Assembly (NCBI GenBank): GCA_964106915.2
Contig: OZ066916.1
DNA: 64,000 nt
Reading direction: 5' to 3' (one strand)
Origin: Podarcis gaigeae
Lineage: Eukaryota
Part shown: positions 1 through 12,384 of the stretch, piece after piece
Position numbering within the stretch: the first letter of the stretch is position 1
Layout: each line of letters opens with the position of its first letter
Program-made: the position numbers and the translations under genes
The notes under the pieces: model-generated
Database searches by the model: none
Told to the model about the DNA's origin: nothing
Seen by the model: only the letters and a program-made list of their open reading frames with translations

Positions 1-454
1 TGTACAGTGAACAGCAAGGAACACCGACTAACATGCACATGGATTTACAAACTGCTGTTCCAGCAACAAGCATTGAGGATTAAATTCCGTCTGGGCCAAT
101 ATAATTCTAGCCAGTTGGCAGCCCAAGAGAGATGGGGAAGATAGGAAGGGAGCCAGGACCATCTGCTGTAGCCAGAGGACTAGGAATACATGCGAACATT
201 TGAGGTTTTAAAAGGCTCTTAAGATCACCAAAGAGGATCAGACAGGAGGGACAGGAGCTCTAGTGTGCAGTACAAGGTTTGTTTCTGCTGCAGTTAGTAA
301 ACCGTTGTGGGTTGCTATGTTTTGCATTTAGGGGTTGTGGGTTTTTAGTGGGATTTTATGCATTGTTTTTGCCTTGTTTGATTATACTGCCAACCGCTCT
401 GTGGTTTGTGCAAAAGGTGATATACAAATCAACTAAAATAAAAACCCAGGAGAA

Positions 455-975
455 TAAAATGGTCTTCATTTGGTGCTGAAAAGACGTTGGAAAAAGTTCC
501 AGATGAGTCTCCAAGGGGAGCTATTCCATAGCCGAGGTGCTACCACCAAGAAGTCCTTTTCCTTAGTCACTACTCACTTCACTTGGAGGGGAACATAGAC
601 CACAGCCTCTAAGGAGAGCATGCATATATAAGAGAAGGTAATCATTTAGGTACTGTAACCTGGTTCCAAGAAATTAAGGGCTCTGTAACCTTTAGACGAG
701 CACTTTAAGTTGAACCCGCAGACAGACTGGGGGCCTATGGAGCTGAAGAAACATTGGCAGTGAAAGACAAAGTCCTAGTTAACAGTACTGTAGCCTACAT
801 TGAACCATCTGCAGTTTCTAGACTTTTTTTTTTTAAAAAAAGGCAACAATACCCACAATGTATTGCTGTAGTCTAAATAGGAGGTTACCAGAGCATGGGT
901 AACTGTTTCCAGGCTTTCTCCATCCTGCTGGATGGTTGCAGCTGCTGTATCAGCCGAAGTTGATAGAAGTTGCTC
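455..975 (-). mobile_element. Degenerate L2-clade LINE fragment
   Basis: Reverse complement resembles the 3' part of the L2 ORF seen intact at 34134-35103 (gtattgctgtagtctaa = antisense LDYSN; ttccatagccgaggtgctaccaccaagaag = antisense of the FSVVAP region). Boundaries approximate. Confidence 0.6.
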
Positions 976-1489
976 TATTCATCTTCTCAGTCCACCCTGC
1001 TAGCATGCGTCAAAACTGACCCAGCGGTCCTCCAGAAACAGTTCATTCCTTGGACGTGTTTAACCTTTTGCCTTGGCAGAGGCTGCCAACATGGATTAAT
1101 TAGTCATGTCAGCTGCAAGGGAACTGACTGAAACTTAGACTGACTTTTAAAAAATCCCCCGAAGCCTCAAAATGCACACAGACTACAATCCTAAATGCTC
1201 ATACTAGGGAGCAGCCTCACATAATATTTTGGGACTTACATCTGAGTAAGCAACATGTTTTAGAGTTGCATTCACAGCGATGTTGGTATTCCACGTATGT
1301 CTCATCTGGTGAGTCTTCTCATATCGTGAGTTACCAAAACACATTTGTTCATGAAAGTAGTGTTCGGTGAGCAGCGTTTGGGTTTCTGGTGGACCATATC
1401 ACTCCTAATAGAGAACTCAGTCAGTGAGCGGCAACAGGACTATTGCCAAAAAGGAGCCACTGGGAAACAAGAGGGAAGTATCATTGAAT

Positions 1490-1880
1490 GGCATCCATAT
1501 GTCCTGGGAGACCATGGAGGATGCACCTTTGGAGGTGAAGTCAAACTTTTGGAAGGTTACAGCACCTCCCGTGGCTGTAGAGACTGATGCAGGAGAGACA
1601 TGTTTTGTTGCAGCTGGGGCAGAGGTAGTGTCTGGTTGTGCTGCTGCAGATGCATCATGGTGTTTCTTCTCTCTGCGCCTCTCCCGGTGGCCATTCCTCC
1701 TCTGGTCACTGCTATGGATACATGACCTGACTGTCAGTCTCCAGGCAGTTGTCTGCAAGCGATTCCCACACAGCAGGGTTGATGTTACCAGGCTCATGTC
1801 ACATTTGCAGGCATCTTTGTAGCGCAGAGTTGGTCTGCCAGTGGGCCTCATGCCTGAAGCCAGCTTCCCATAGAGCATAT
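1490..1880 (-). mobile_element. RTE-clade LINE 3' fragment
   Basis: Minus-strand translation LYGKLASGMRPTGRPTLRYKDACKCD matches the C-terminal LYGEL..G.R..GRP.LRYKD motif of RTE reverse transcriptase ORFs. A second copy of its 3' end lies at 16927-17076. Confidence 0.8.
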
Positions 1881-3222
1881 TCCACGTGATTGAAGATCTT
1901 CATTGAAAGATTTCCAAAAGTACAAATTTCAAATTAAAGCTGTTTTTTTTATTATTATTATCATGAATTATGTAGGTTCACCTTCAAATGCATCAGTTTT
2001 CTCCTCCATGCCTCCCTATAACTCAGGATAACACTGCATGGATGGGACAAAGAGTCTGACCCCTGGATAAATAATAATCAGTTTTTAAAGTGCCACAGGA
2101 ACATTTGTTGGTATTGCTACAGCGGCCTAACCCAGATACCCCTCTGGAAATTGTTAAATGGAATGGGCGTTGAGAATTAGGTTCTCAGACTTAATTAAGT
2201 AGTAGCTGAAGCACAGGTATTCCTGGGGATTCATGCCTATATATAGTTCATTATTCCTGACATTTGTATAAGATGGAAATAAATAACAACCAAACCATAG
2301 AACTGACAGCCCTTAAGAGCATTAACAGATAAAGCAGGTGGTAAAAGTGCTGAGGAGACACGCTGTGTAAGCTCACCTCAGCATCCTGGTTAATTAACAA
2401 TGGAGTCTCTTTAAAATAAACTCACAGAGCAAAGCCAAAAGCTGAAAGGGTGGAGAGAGCTTTTTCCCTACTAATATTTCCTGTTGTCTACTACTGTATA
2501 GGAAAGATGGTTGTGGGGGGAGATTCCCTCCACAAAAATCTGCTTTACGAATTCTGATGTTGTCAATCTTAGAATATTTGCTGCTGTGTGACTACCATGC
2601 CTGAATCTTTCAGTGTCTGAAGGACCTGGATCTATAGTTGCCAGTCATACTGGAAAGGTATGGCTAGAGGTATGTTGGGAGATCTTCAAAAGCTGCCCAA
2701 AAGTCAATAGAGATAGGAATTCCTGTGGGTTGATTCCTTCACCTCCTGATAAAATGATATCTGCAGGAGCCCCCCCCCCCCCAAGAACACAGTAATTGAC
2801 TGGGTATTTAAGGGGTGAGGTGATGTGTCCTGATCTCAAAAGGTTTATACACTGACTAGTAGGAGCCCTCTGGGGTTTCAGATAGGAGTGTGTCCTCTAA
2901 AAGGCAAGGGCTTCCTATGGTTATCAACTTTTAGGAAGAAGTGTTCCTGTGTATTAAACCTTTGCTGAGCATACAGGAATTTAGCAAGTGAAGCTTTTCT
3001 CACCCCTTATATCCATACCAGAAAAAGCTTCGTCTATATTTCTGTGTGCCAGGCTTTCGTTACGTGCACCAGAGTTGGGAGAATAAATGAATTTGCTGTC
3101 TGAAGCTGGAGTCCCCAAAAACTTACATTCTGTACTTAGCAGCTCAGCCCTGTACATGTTTACCAGGAAGTAATTGCAGGTGGCAATTAAGGTGGCAATT
3201 AAGGTGACGCAGGTGGTGCTAA

Positions 3223-3587
3223 GGGACGCAGGTGGCGCTGTGGGTTAAAGCCTCAGCGCCTAGGACTTGCCGATCGAAAGGTCGGCGGTTCGAATCCCTG
3301 CGGCGGGGGGCGCTCCCGCTGCTTGGTCCCAGCGCCTGCCAACCTAGCAGTTCGAAAGCACCTCCGGGTGCAAGTAGATAAATAGGGACCGCTTACCAGC
3401 GGGAAGGTAAACGGCGTTTCCGTGTGCGGCTCTGGCTCGCCAGATGCAGCTTTGTCACGCTGGCCACGTGACCCGGAAGTGTCTCCGGACAGCGCTGGCC
3501 CCTGGCCTCTTAAGTGAGATGGGCGCACAACCCCAGAGTCTGTCAAGACTGGCCCGTACGGGCAGGGGTACCTTTACCTTTACCTTT
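3223..3587 (+). mobile_element. Sauria SINE, full length
   Basis: tRNA-like head with A box (ggtggcgctgtggg) and B box (ggttcgaatcc); (acctt t)n tail; 7-bp TSD taattgc at 3171-3177 and 3587-3593. Confidence 0.9.
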
Positions 3588-5529
3588 AATTGCTTTTGAG
3601 TTAAACGGGAATTGCCCTCAAGCAAAGGCACATTGAGATATAGATATAGGGTACTCTGGGCATATTGCAGTTTATAATATGGGACCCTTCCTTGTGTTCA
3701 TGTCTTAGCATGCAGACAATCAGTGAACAAAAATTTGCTACTCTCTAAATTGCTCACAACAGTATTGATGTAATTGTGGGATGGGAAGCAAAACTGACAA
3801 TCTGCTAATATTTTCTAATTGGTAAGAAGAGCTGACAGAGTCAATACTGAGATTGGCTAAACATCCTTGATGTTTAGTAAAGTTGTCAGACTTAATTTGC
3901 CAGTTTAGATGCCTGAATGGTTATGTTATTCCACACTTCAGTAAGTATGGTAACTTCTCAAAAGTCCAACAAATAATATTCCAGTCACCAATGTAGGTTG
4001 TGGGTGTAATGTTTGAATAGTCCCAATTTGTTAATTTGTAGGATTTTTGAGCAGTTATTGTATGTATGGAAGAAGAGAACTACACAGACCAAATAAGTAA
4101 ATAAACTAGCCAAATAAGCTAAATGAGTTTTGGGCTTATGCTCTCCATCCTGTGTTCATTCTCATCACTTAGAAAATTTTACAACAAATTATAGTTCTTT
4201 GCCATTTTTAGTCACAGTCAGTTATTGTCTTCAAACCATAGTTTTCTGTAAACCAAGAATGATTGCTGTGGAAGGCAAGAGCCCACAAACACAATGTTCT
4301 TCAAGAATTGTTCTTGGAACACCAAACCATGGTTTGGCAATGTTTTAATGTGCTCATTGCACCATTTGAAAATCCCTACTGATAAACAATTGCACGCTGC
4401 TGTCAATCTGCTGTTAAAACCACAAGAATAGGGGTAATGCAATAGTACACAACTCCAAGAACATGTAAATCCACATGGACAGCAGGGCAACAATAACGCA
4501 ATGCAATAAAAACAAGATGTAAAGTATCCTAAAAATGAAAACAAACCATAATAAAACTAAGAGATAGAAACTGAAAACCAAATATATGTAGTTGCTTTCT
4601 AATCACTGGGCAAAGAATCCTGTCTAAACCTTGTGCCCAAAGGACTGTAAGGTCGATGCCAGTCCGTCACAGCACCACCACAGTAAAGGTCTTTTCCTAC
4701 ATGCAAGCATGAGACACTTCAACAAGTGACAGTTCTTAGAGAAGACCTTAATGCAAGGGCAGGATAGTATGGGAGAAGGCAGGGCATGCAGGGCTCTATT
4801 TAGAACCTTAAAGGTAGGCGGCAGCACTTTGAAGTGTGACCTGAAGTGAATGGGCAGTCATTGAAATACTCTTAAGAAGTTCTATAATTACCCACGTGAC
4901 AGAATTCTGGCAGCCAAATTCTGAACTAAATTCTGAAACTTCTGAGTTATCTTTACGAGCAGCTCCACGTATACAGTTGTCCAAACGGGACATTGGCAGA
5001 CAAGTGTGGATCATTGTAGCTAAGCTACTTTAGCGGGTGAATCATTCCCTGGCATAGGGAGTTTCAGCTGCTCGATTTCTGCTTGGTTCTTTTGGCTACA
5101 GTCCATCCAAAGTTAAGCGCTTTGCAAGCCCCACTGACTTAACTGAGCCTCTTCCACTGAAATCAATGGCATACTTCGATTGACTGCTTCATACTCTTTC
5201 TCTGTACCGAATGTTAAATGTACTTTTATTCTTCATTTTGCGTTTCAGTAATTCAGGAGCTTAGGAGTGTGTGTCTAAAGCATGTGTTTGCTTGTTCTTT
5301 TAATGTACTCCTCAACCACATGATTTATCCCTGGTTTTCAGATACTTACATGTTCACTGATCATATGGATGATAACTCTCCCTGACATTCAATATTTCAC
5401 TGATATCTAAGATGCTTGTATGCCCTAAAGAACATATGAGCTCACTGGCACCATCCCAATATTTGTTATTGCTCCTGGCATTCTGAAACTTAGATGTGGG
5501 AACAACCCTATTACTATTTGTTTTTCCAG

Positions 5530-5629
5530 GTTGATGGATTTCTGACACTGCTGTTTGGTCTTGCTAGCATTAACACACTCACAGTGATTAGTGTGACTCG
5601 CTATATAAAAGGATGCCATCCAGACAGAG
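5530..5629 (+). CDS. OPN6: Opsin exon (TM3/IL2): VDGFLTLLFGLASINTLTVISVTRYIKGCHPDR
   Basis: Acceptor tttttccag, donor gtaagg; 100 nt; rhodopsin-class TM3 sequence. Not present in the ORF track. Confidence 0.9.
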
Positions 5630-6087
5630 GTAAGGTATTTTGGACAACACAAAATTATTAAGGCTTGATATCCTGTCTCACAGGTATTCCTTTCTTACAA
5701 TAGGCCATACTTGCCCTAATTTAAATGTTTTTAAAAGAAAACTGGGTTATTCCCTTCACCCTGATTCTACAGAATCTCTTATAGACACATTGTTCTAATT
5801 TGAGTGTAACAATAAACCATGGTTTATCATTAAGGTAGCAAGCTGCAGTGGATCTTAAACTTTTGCACACACACTTACCCTTTTCTCCTTTAGCAGGGCC
5901 AGGAGAATTTCAGAAGTTTTTTGCTTCCACTCAAGACTAATCACAGTTAAGCCTTGTGTCCAAACCTGGACAAAATGCAATTAGTCTTCACTATAGTTTA
6001 TGAAGCTTTCTTGTTTCAATTGACCATTGTTAAGATTAACCACAGTTTAGGGTTCTGGCAACACTGCTAATCTGTGGCTCATTGAAA

Positions 6088-6320
6088 GCCAGTGTGGTGT
6101 AGTGGTTAAGAGCGGTAGTCTCGTAATCTGGGGAACCGGGTTCGCAAATCCGCTCCTCCTTCTGGGTGACCTTGGGCTAGTCACACTTCTCTGAAGTCTC
6201 TTAGCCCCACTCACCTCACAGAGTGTTTGTTGTGGGGGGAGGAAGGGAAAGGAGAACGTTAACTTTGAGACTCCTGAGGGTAGTGATAAAGCAGGATATC
6301 AAATCCAAACTCTTCTTCTT
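6088..6320 (+). mobile_element. tRNA-derived SINE (Squam3-like)
   Basis: Head gccagtgtggtgtagtggttaagagc with B-box-like gggttcgcaaatcc; (ctt)n tail; 9-bp TSD tcattgaaa at 6079-6087 and 6320-6328. Confidence 0.8.
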
Positions 6321-6509
6321 CATTGAAATCTACAGCAAAACCTTTCAACCTAAGGGCTGCAATCCCAATAGTTCCATCAAAGGTAGGGAATCTACAAGGA
6401 TTCCTGGTCGCACAAATGTACCAGTGCCATTTTTCTTTGTTATGACTGTGTGCCTTAAGTATACAATAGCAAAATGAGTTAAGCACCAATCTTCTGCTGT
6501 GTATTTCAG

Positions 6510-6614
6510 GGCATTGTATCAACAATAGCAACATCAATGTGGCTCTTTTTCTTATATGGATAGCAGCTTTCTTCTGGTCAGTAGCTCCAGTCCTCGGATG
6601 GGGCAGTTACACAG
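6510..6614 (+). CDS. OPN6: Opsin exon (TM4): GHCINNSNINVALFLIWIAAFFWSVAPVLGWGSYT
   Basis: Acceptor tatttcag, donor gtaatt; phase 1/1; typical opsin TM4 W...P..GWGSY motif. Confidence 0.9.
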
Positions 6615-7308
6615 GTAATTAATTTCTCTCTAGGAGAAGGTCTTTGTGGGAATTTCTCTCTAAAGTATTTGTGGGAATCTGGAAACACAACAACCAATAT
6701 CTACAAGGAGCAATTTAAATCAGGTATTATTTTTACACTATTTTAGTCTAATAGTGCTGGAATCCAGGTCAGTTTTCTAGATCCAAGCATTCTAGATGTA
6801 GGCATCACCATTTTACAATTTAGACTGCAACTCTTTATGCACTTTCCTGAGTGTAAGCCCTATTGGCCTTACTTCTGAGTCCAACAGACATATTTGGGAT
6901 TGCATCACTAATCTCAGTTTTTTAGTCTTCAAAATCCCAAACTAGAGCTCACTGAAGGAGTCACATATATCTATCCTGAAAATCCATATGGATTTTTAAA
7001 ATTATAACTTAGCATTTTGCATTGCTCAGTGGGAACTATTTCAAAGGAACTCCTGTTGGTGGGGGGGATCACTTTGTCAGCACTGTCCATAGGAGCACTG
7101 TAGCACTACTGTGATTGTGCATCTTTCATGCCTCACCCACTCAAGAAGAAATATCTCCAAAGGAGGCTGGGAAGCTCTTTCCTTGTGCATTTTTACACCC
7201 CCACAACAGCGTATGGCTGTTTCGTTATTGCCACTTTTGGTGGTGGTGCAACCAAACCAGTTGCCATTTCTGTGCTAAAAAGGGCAGGTTGCAGGTGGTT
7301 GCTTATTA

Positions 7309-7675
7309 AAGGTAAAAGTAAAGGTACCCCTGACAGTTAAGTCCAGTCGCGGATGACTCTGGGGTTGTAAGCTCATCTCGCTCTATAAGCCGAGGGAGTC
7401 AGAGTTTGTCCGCAGATAGTTTTCCGGGTCATGTGGCCAGCATGACTAAACAGCTTCTGGTGAACCAGAGCAGCACATGGAAATGCCATTTACCTTCCTG
7501 CTGGAGCAGTACCCATTTATCTACTTGCACTTTGACGTGCTTTCAAACTGCCAGGTGGGCAGGAGCTGGGACCGAACAACAGGAGCTCACCCTGTCGCAG
7601 GGATTCGAACTGCCAACCTTCTGATTGGCAAGCCCTAGGCTCTGTGGTATAGACCAGAGTGCCACCCGCGTCCCT
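7309..7675 (-). mobile_element. Sauria SINE, full length
   Basis: Reverse complement of the 3223-3587 family; 14-bp TSD gtggttgcttatta at 7295-7308 and 7685-7698. Confidence 0.9.
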
Positions 7676-7897
7676 AAGTAATAAGTGGTTGCTTATTACT
7701 CTGGTGGAAAGCTAAACTAAAGTGAAGATTACGGCAATAACTCTGCTGTAATTCTTAGACTTCATTAAGACATTTCAATTTTCTTTTCCACCTGGAATTC
7801 TAAAGAGAAATTAATCTTGATGAATTTTAAAACTGGAAAATCGCAGCAAGCTGTATTAAAAAAGCCGAATGACTAACCAAGTTCTTTTGCTTCCTAG

Positions 7898-8121
7898 ATC
7901 GCATGTATGGAACATGTGAAATAGACTGGGCAAAAGCTAACTTCTCAACCATCTACAAGTCTTATATAGTGTCCATTTTCATTTGCTGTTTCTTCCTGCC
8001 TGTGTCTGTCATGGTTTTTGCTTACGTCTCCATCATCAATACTGTCAAGTCGAGCCATGCATTAAGCGGAGCAGGTGACCCAACTGATAGACAGAGGAGA
8101 ATGGAACGAAGTGTCACAAGG
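7898..8121 (+). CDS. OPN6: Opsin exon (EL2/TM5/IL3): DRMYGTCEIDW...RMERSVTR
   Basis: Acceptor ttcctag, donor gtcagt; overlaps ORF 7903..8169; conserved EL2 Cys and TM5 FFLP motif. Confidence 0.92.
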
Positions 8122-8667
8122 GTCAGTCTGGGCTTTTCTTTAGTCTGCATTGGGTGGAGAAACTTTTAAAAGCCATGGGCTGCATTTCCTTCAGAGAAGT
8201 GGTCAGAGCAGCGTACAAGGCGTGGGTGGAATTGAGGCCAGTGGTGGATGGGAGCTAAAGTCAAAAGCGGGGCGGACACTCCTTTTCTCTCTCTGCCACC
8301 CCCTTCCCTCTCAAACACACATGCACACAGTGTGGCTGAATACAAACCATGCATTTAAAGCACGCGACTTCCCCCAAAAGAATCCTGAAACCGTAATTTG
8401 TTGAAGGTGCTGGGAAATGCAGCGCTTGTGAGAGGCAAACTAAATTTTCTAATTTAAAATGCATGTAAAGCTTTAGACAACCTTAAAATGTGAGGTAGCT
8501 AGGAGGCAGATAATTCTAGAGGATTGAAACCTATTTATTAGGTCTGTGGGCCAATGAGACACTTGGAAATACTATCCAGGTCTCCCAGTTTTCCAGGACC
8601 ACCTTCTTTACAGGGATCTCTTGGGCAAGAAAGTGGAAACAGGCAAGTCTTGTTTTCTCTCCTCTAG

Positions 8668-9111
8668 GTCTCCATAGTCATTTGCACAGCCTTTATCACA
8701 GCCTGGTCCCCATATGCGGTCATCTCCATGTGGTCCGCCTATGGTTACTCTGTGCCCAATTTAACCAGCATCCTCGCCAGCCTTTTTGCGAAATCTGCCA
8801 GCTTCTACAACCCCATCATCTACTTTGGAATGAGCTCCAAATTCCGGAAGGACATCCTCGTCTTGCTGCACTGTGCCAAAGAGATCAAGGACCCCGTGAA
8901 GCTCAAGCGGTTCAAGAACCTCAAGCAGAAACAGGAGAACTCGCCTTCTCAGAGAGAGGAGAAATACGCGCCAGAAGTTCATCCTGCACTGAGTCCTGAT
9001 TCTGGTGTGGGGAGTCGTTCTAACACCCCGCCCCCTGTCAACAGGGAGGTGTATCTTGGTGCTTTTGATACCCCGTCCAACAACCCTGATATCGAATGTG
9101 ACAGGCTGTGA
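8668..9111 (+). CDS. OPN6: Opsin last coding exon (TM6, TM7, helix 8, C-tail to ...ECDRL*)
   Basis: Acceptor ctcctctag; AWSPYA, Schiff-base Lys in FAKSAS, NPIIY; TGA at 9109-9111. Confidence 0.93.
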   Translation, partial: VSIVICTAFITAWSPYAVISMWSAYGYSVPNLTSILASLFAKSASFYNPIIYFGMSSKFRKDILVLLHCAKEIKDPVKLKRFKNLKQKQENSPSQREEKYAPEVHPALSPDSGVGSRSNTPPPVNREVYLGAFDTPSNNPDIECDRL

Positions 9112-12013
9112 CCCGGCTGTTCAAAATGTGCAGCTGGTGAACACAACCCATAGGATACTCCTGCCCCAATTCCTTTCACCCCTGCCCTTTCCTCTAGCAC
9201 TTAACATGACATACCAGCTCGACTTCCAGTGAAGCAGGACACATAAAACCAGCACTAAAAGCATGTGCGGTACATAGGGGAGACTCATAAAAATTGCTGC
9301 GTGGCTGATTAAATATAAAGGTGAGCAGCACATCTAGCCTGAGCAGGGATTCGTTTCCCCCTCTGCAGCTGCAAGTGAAAGACGTTTTTGTGGGGAAATC
9401 CATTCACTGGCAGGTAAAAAAAGAAAAACAAAATTGCCAATATTTTCTCCACCTAAATAATATAATTCAGCAGTTACCTATCTTTTCGGCTGGTTTTATT
9501 TCTTGCTTAAAATCCTGGCTTTATTCACTTTGCTTGCAGTCCTCACAACAGTGCATTTACTCAGGGGCCGGTCAGGAAATAGCACTGCAATGCTGCTCCA
9601 CAGTCAGCCACCAGAGGGTGGATAATCTTTTAACATACTCCCTGTGGGAGACTAAACATTTCAGGTCCCAGGTGCTGCCTACCGGAGAGCAGTTATGAGA
9701 ACCAAAACCCTTGTTCTTAAGTCTGAAGGCTGCCGCTGAGCCACTAGAGCCGAAGTCCTGTGTCCTTAATCGCAGGTGCAATTAGGTCATTTAAGACTCC
9801 GGACTTAACGTTCTTATGGGGGAAAGCCCTCTTTAGATGGTAACATGCATCAATTCACTATCTTCCGAACGCTGCCTGCCAGCGGGGAGAAGGGGCCTTC
9901 CTGTTCCTCTTCTGAATGGGACCCTTGGACTTCTTTCCCCAAAGCCCCACTTTGACAGAACCTCAGGCCACAGGTGAGATGTAATAAACTGCCCTGCACG
10001 CCATATTGACAACCGGTGCTTTTCATGCCTGTTGCTATTGCTACCATGTTTTCCCGTCTGAATTAAGAAGTACAAATGACACCTTTGCCCTCCTAATTGT
10101 GGGTAATATGTAGAGGAGGCAGACTGAGGCAAGGAAACGGCTCCCTCTTTGTCTTCAGAAGCAGCTTCACCTAGCTTCACTGATTTATAATTATATCTAT
10201 ATACCGCCACTTCTAAAAAAATATCACAGCAGTTTACAACCATTGTACATAAAACCATATAATACAAACCATTATTCTATTTAAAAAAGACAAATCAAAG
10301 ATCAACTAACTACCACAGAAGTTTTTTTTCTTAATTGCCAACACCAGCTTCATGGCAAAACCACAACAGATTAAACCAAACCAAGAAATGAGTTTAATAT
10401 GTAGCAGGAAGGTATGTACCTTGTTTTGTCTTAAATAATTGCAGGTGCAGAAGAACCTAATTCTTACTGGGAAGACATACTTCTTTTTTTAAACAAGGCT
10501 CCAAAATACATGGGAGTGGGGGAGACTCTTCTGATAATTGGTGGGAGGCCGGTGACATCCATGGGTTGCCATCCCAGTAAGATTGAGGCTCCTTTATAAC
10601 CATTTGAGGAATAGCAAGTTATACAGCTGCATGCTATGTCCCTATTTTGGCCCTCATGGAATTATCTTATCTCTAAACCTTCTGCCAACCAGGACAAGAC
10701 CCTAATATTAATAAAAGAGAGAGATTGGGATTTGTATTGTTTATCTCTCCACTGAAAAGGGGGGTGTTGTTCATGCAGGGGGGAAGAAAATCCCCAGCAA
10801 AACCCTAATAGGCATACTTTATTTTTTGTGAAATAAACAGAAATTTCACAGGAGGGGTCTTATATTTATACAAAGGTGCTAAGGCTAAGTAGGAACTGCT
10901 GTTGTAGTTAGGAGTTAGTCTGGGGCATACAAATTTTAGGGTGTACCTAGGGTCTCTCTATGGCCAGCATTTGAGGGGTTCACTTGCCCTTCTATCAGAG
11001 AGCCCTTAAAATGCCAGTGATGAGACCAGGAGCCTGCAGTCATGTGCCATGAAAAGCACACTGCTTCACTATATAAAGAGAGCTCTTTGTGTTTTTAAAA
11101 TGATTTGGCACGGATTTCAGGCCCTGGTGCAGCATTTTCAACATGGATATGAACAACTTTCTTTCTCTTTTGGCTTTTTATACAAAGACTGCCATGACAA
11201 CAGCACAGTATCCATGAGTGGGCACATGTGATAAAGATCTGTGCTCTGGAATATTCTTTTTTATGCGCCTATTTGTATTTGTACATTTGACCAACAAATG
11301 TGGTGTGTGTGGGGTCATTATCATTTTTAAAACTTGTGGAATTTTACACTCACTGGCATGAAGGGAGGGGGCGGGGGGAGCCTAATGTGTCTTTGCAAAA
11401 GCTTCATTTTTCTATTTGTATTCCTTGGGATGGTTACAAAAAAACCTTCCTTTCCTCCCTCAGCATGTTTGTTTTGAGATTATCATCTCTAATTTCAATT
11501 TTAAAACAAATAAACTTTATAAGCAATAAGAAAGAGGACTATGATGTCTTTCATGGCCATAGACGAACTGAGGGCACATTCATTTTTAGGAGAAAATGGG
11601 AGATTTTTTTCTTGAGGGACTTCATTACCATGATTAATGAAAAGCTAATGCATATAGTGTGTTTCATCCTGGGTTCATTTCAGAAGCAAAATGAACCAAA
11701 TGATGCCAGTAGCCAAGTCTTTTCCTTGGAAGATGAAGCAGGATGAGGAGGCCATAGGATGGCTTAAAAAATGGTCCTGCCACTTCTTCCTGATGTTCAA
11801 CACAATGCTTCACATAATATGTCTGTGACAGATTATCCTTTTAGTTGCCCACTTTTGGTCTAGCAGCAAAAGCTGTCTTTCCCCCATTGTTTCTTTGTAT
11901 GGAGAATGCCACCAGATCTATGCCTCATTCTTTGCATGTGAGGCATTGTTTGTATAGGGCCAAAGGCCACAGTCCCTGGCTAGACCAGTCAGGTCCATAA
12001 TAACCATAACTAA

Positions 12014-12384
12014 GGACACGGGTGGTGCCGTGGTCTAAACCACTGAGCCTCTTGGGTTGCCAATCAGAAGGTCGGCGGTTCGAATCCCTGTGACGGGGTC
12101 AGCTCCTGTTGTTCGGTCCCAGCTCCTGCCCACCTAGCAGTTCAAAAGCACACCAGAAAGTGCAAGTAGATAAATAGGTACTGCTCTGGTGGGAAGATAA
12201 ATGGCGTTTCCGTGCACTGCTCTGGTTCGACAGAAGCGGCTTAGTCATGCTGGCCACATGACCCGGAAAAACTGTCTGCGGACAAACGCCAGCTCCCTCG
12301 GCCTGTAAAGCGAGATGAGTGCCACAACCCCAGAGTCGTCTGCAACTGGACTTAACTGTCGGGGTCCTTTACCTTTACCTTTTT
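12014..12384 (+). mobile_element. Sauria SINE, full length
   Basis: Same head (ggtggtgccgtggtctaaacc...ggttcgaatccc), body and acctttacctt tail as the other copies. Confidence 0.88.

Larger units (their letters stand above)
5530..9111 (+). other. OPN6: Opn5-family non-visual opsin gene (probably Opn6 clade), 3' part: four coding exons covering TM3 to the C-terminus
   Basis: Four GT-AG exons join in one frame. Features: TM3 with TRY at the DRY position, EL2 C-E-I-D-W, TM6 WSPY, TM7 with the retinal-binding Lys (AKSASFYNPIIY). The Opn6 assignment rests on recalled motifs (VDGF..FGLASINTLTVISVTRYIKGCHP; YGTCEIDW), not on a database search. Confidence 0.75.

Noticed and set aside
1278-1308. Possible upstream opsin micro-exon (ttcacag...gtgagt)
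   Set aside because: 31 nt; no frame resembles opsin TM1/TM2 or supplies the Cys expected just before VDGF. The upstream exons are probably outside the window.
8682-8999. Alternative-frame and antisense ORFs over the opsin last exon and VIT VWA exons
   Set aside because: Shadow ORFs of real coding exons with no independent evidence.
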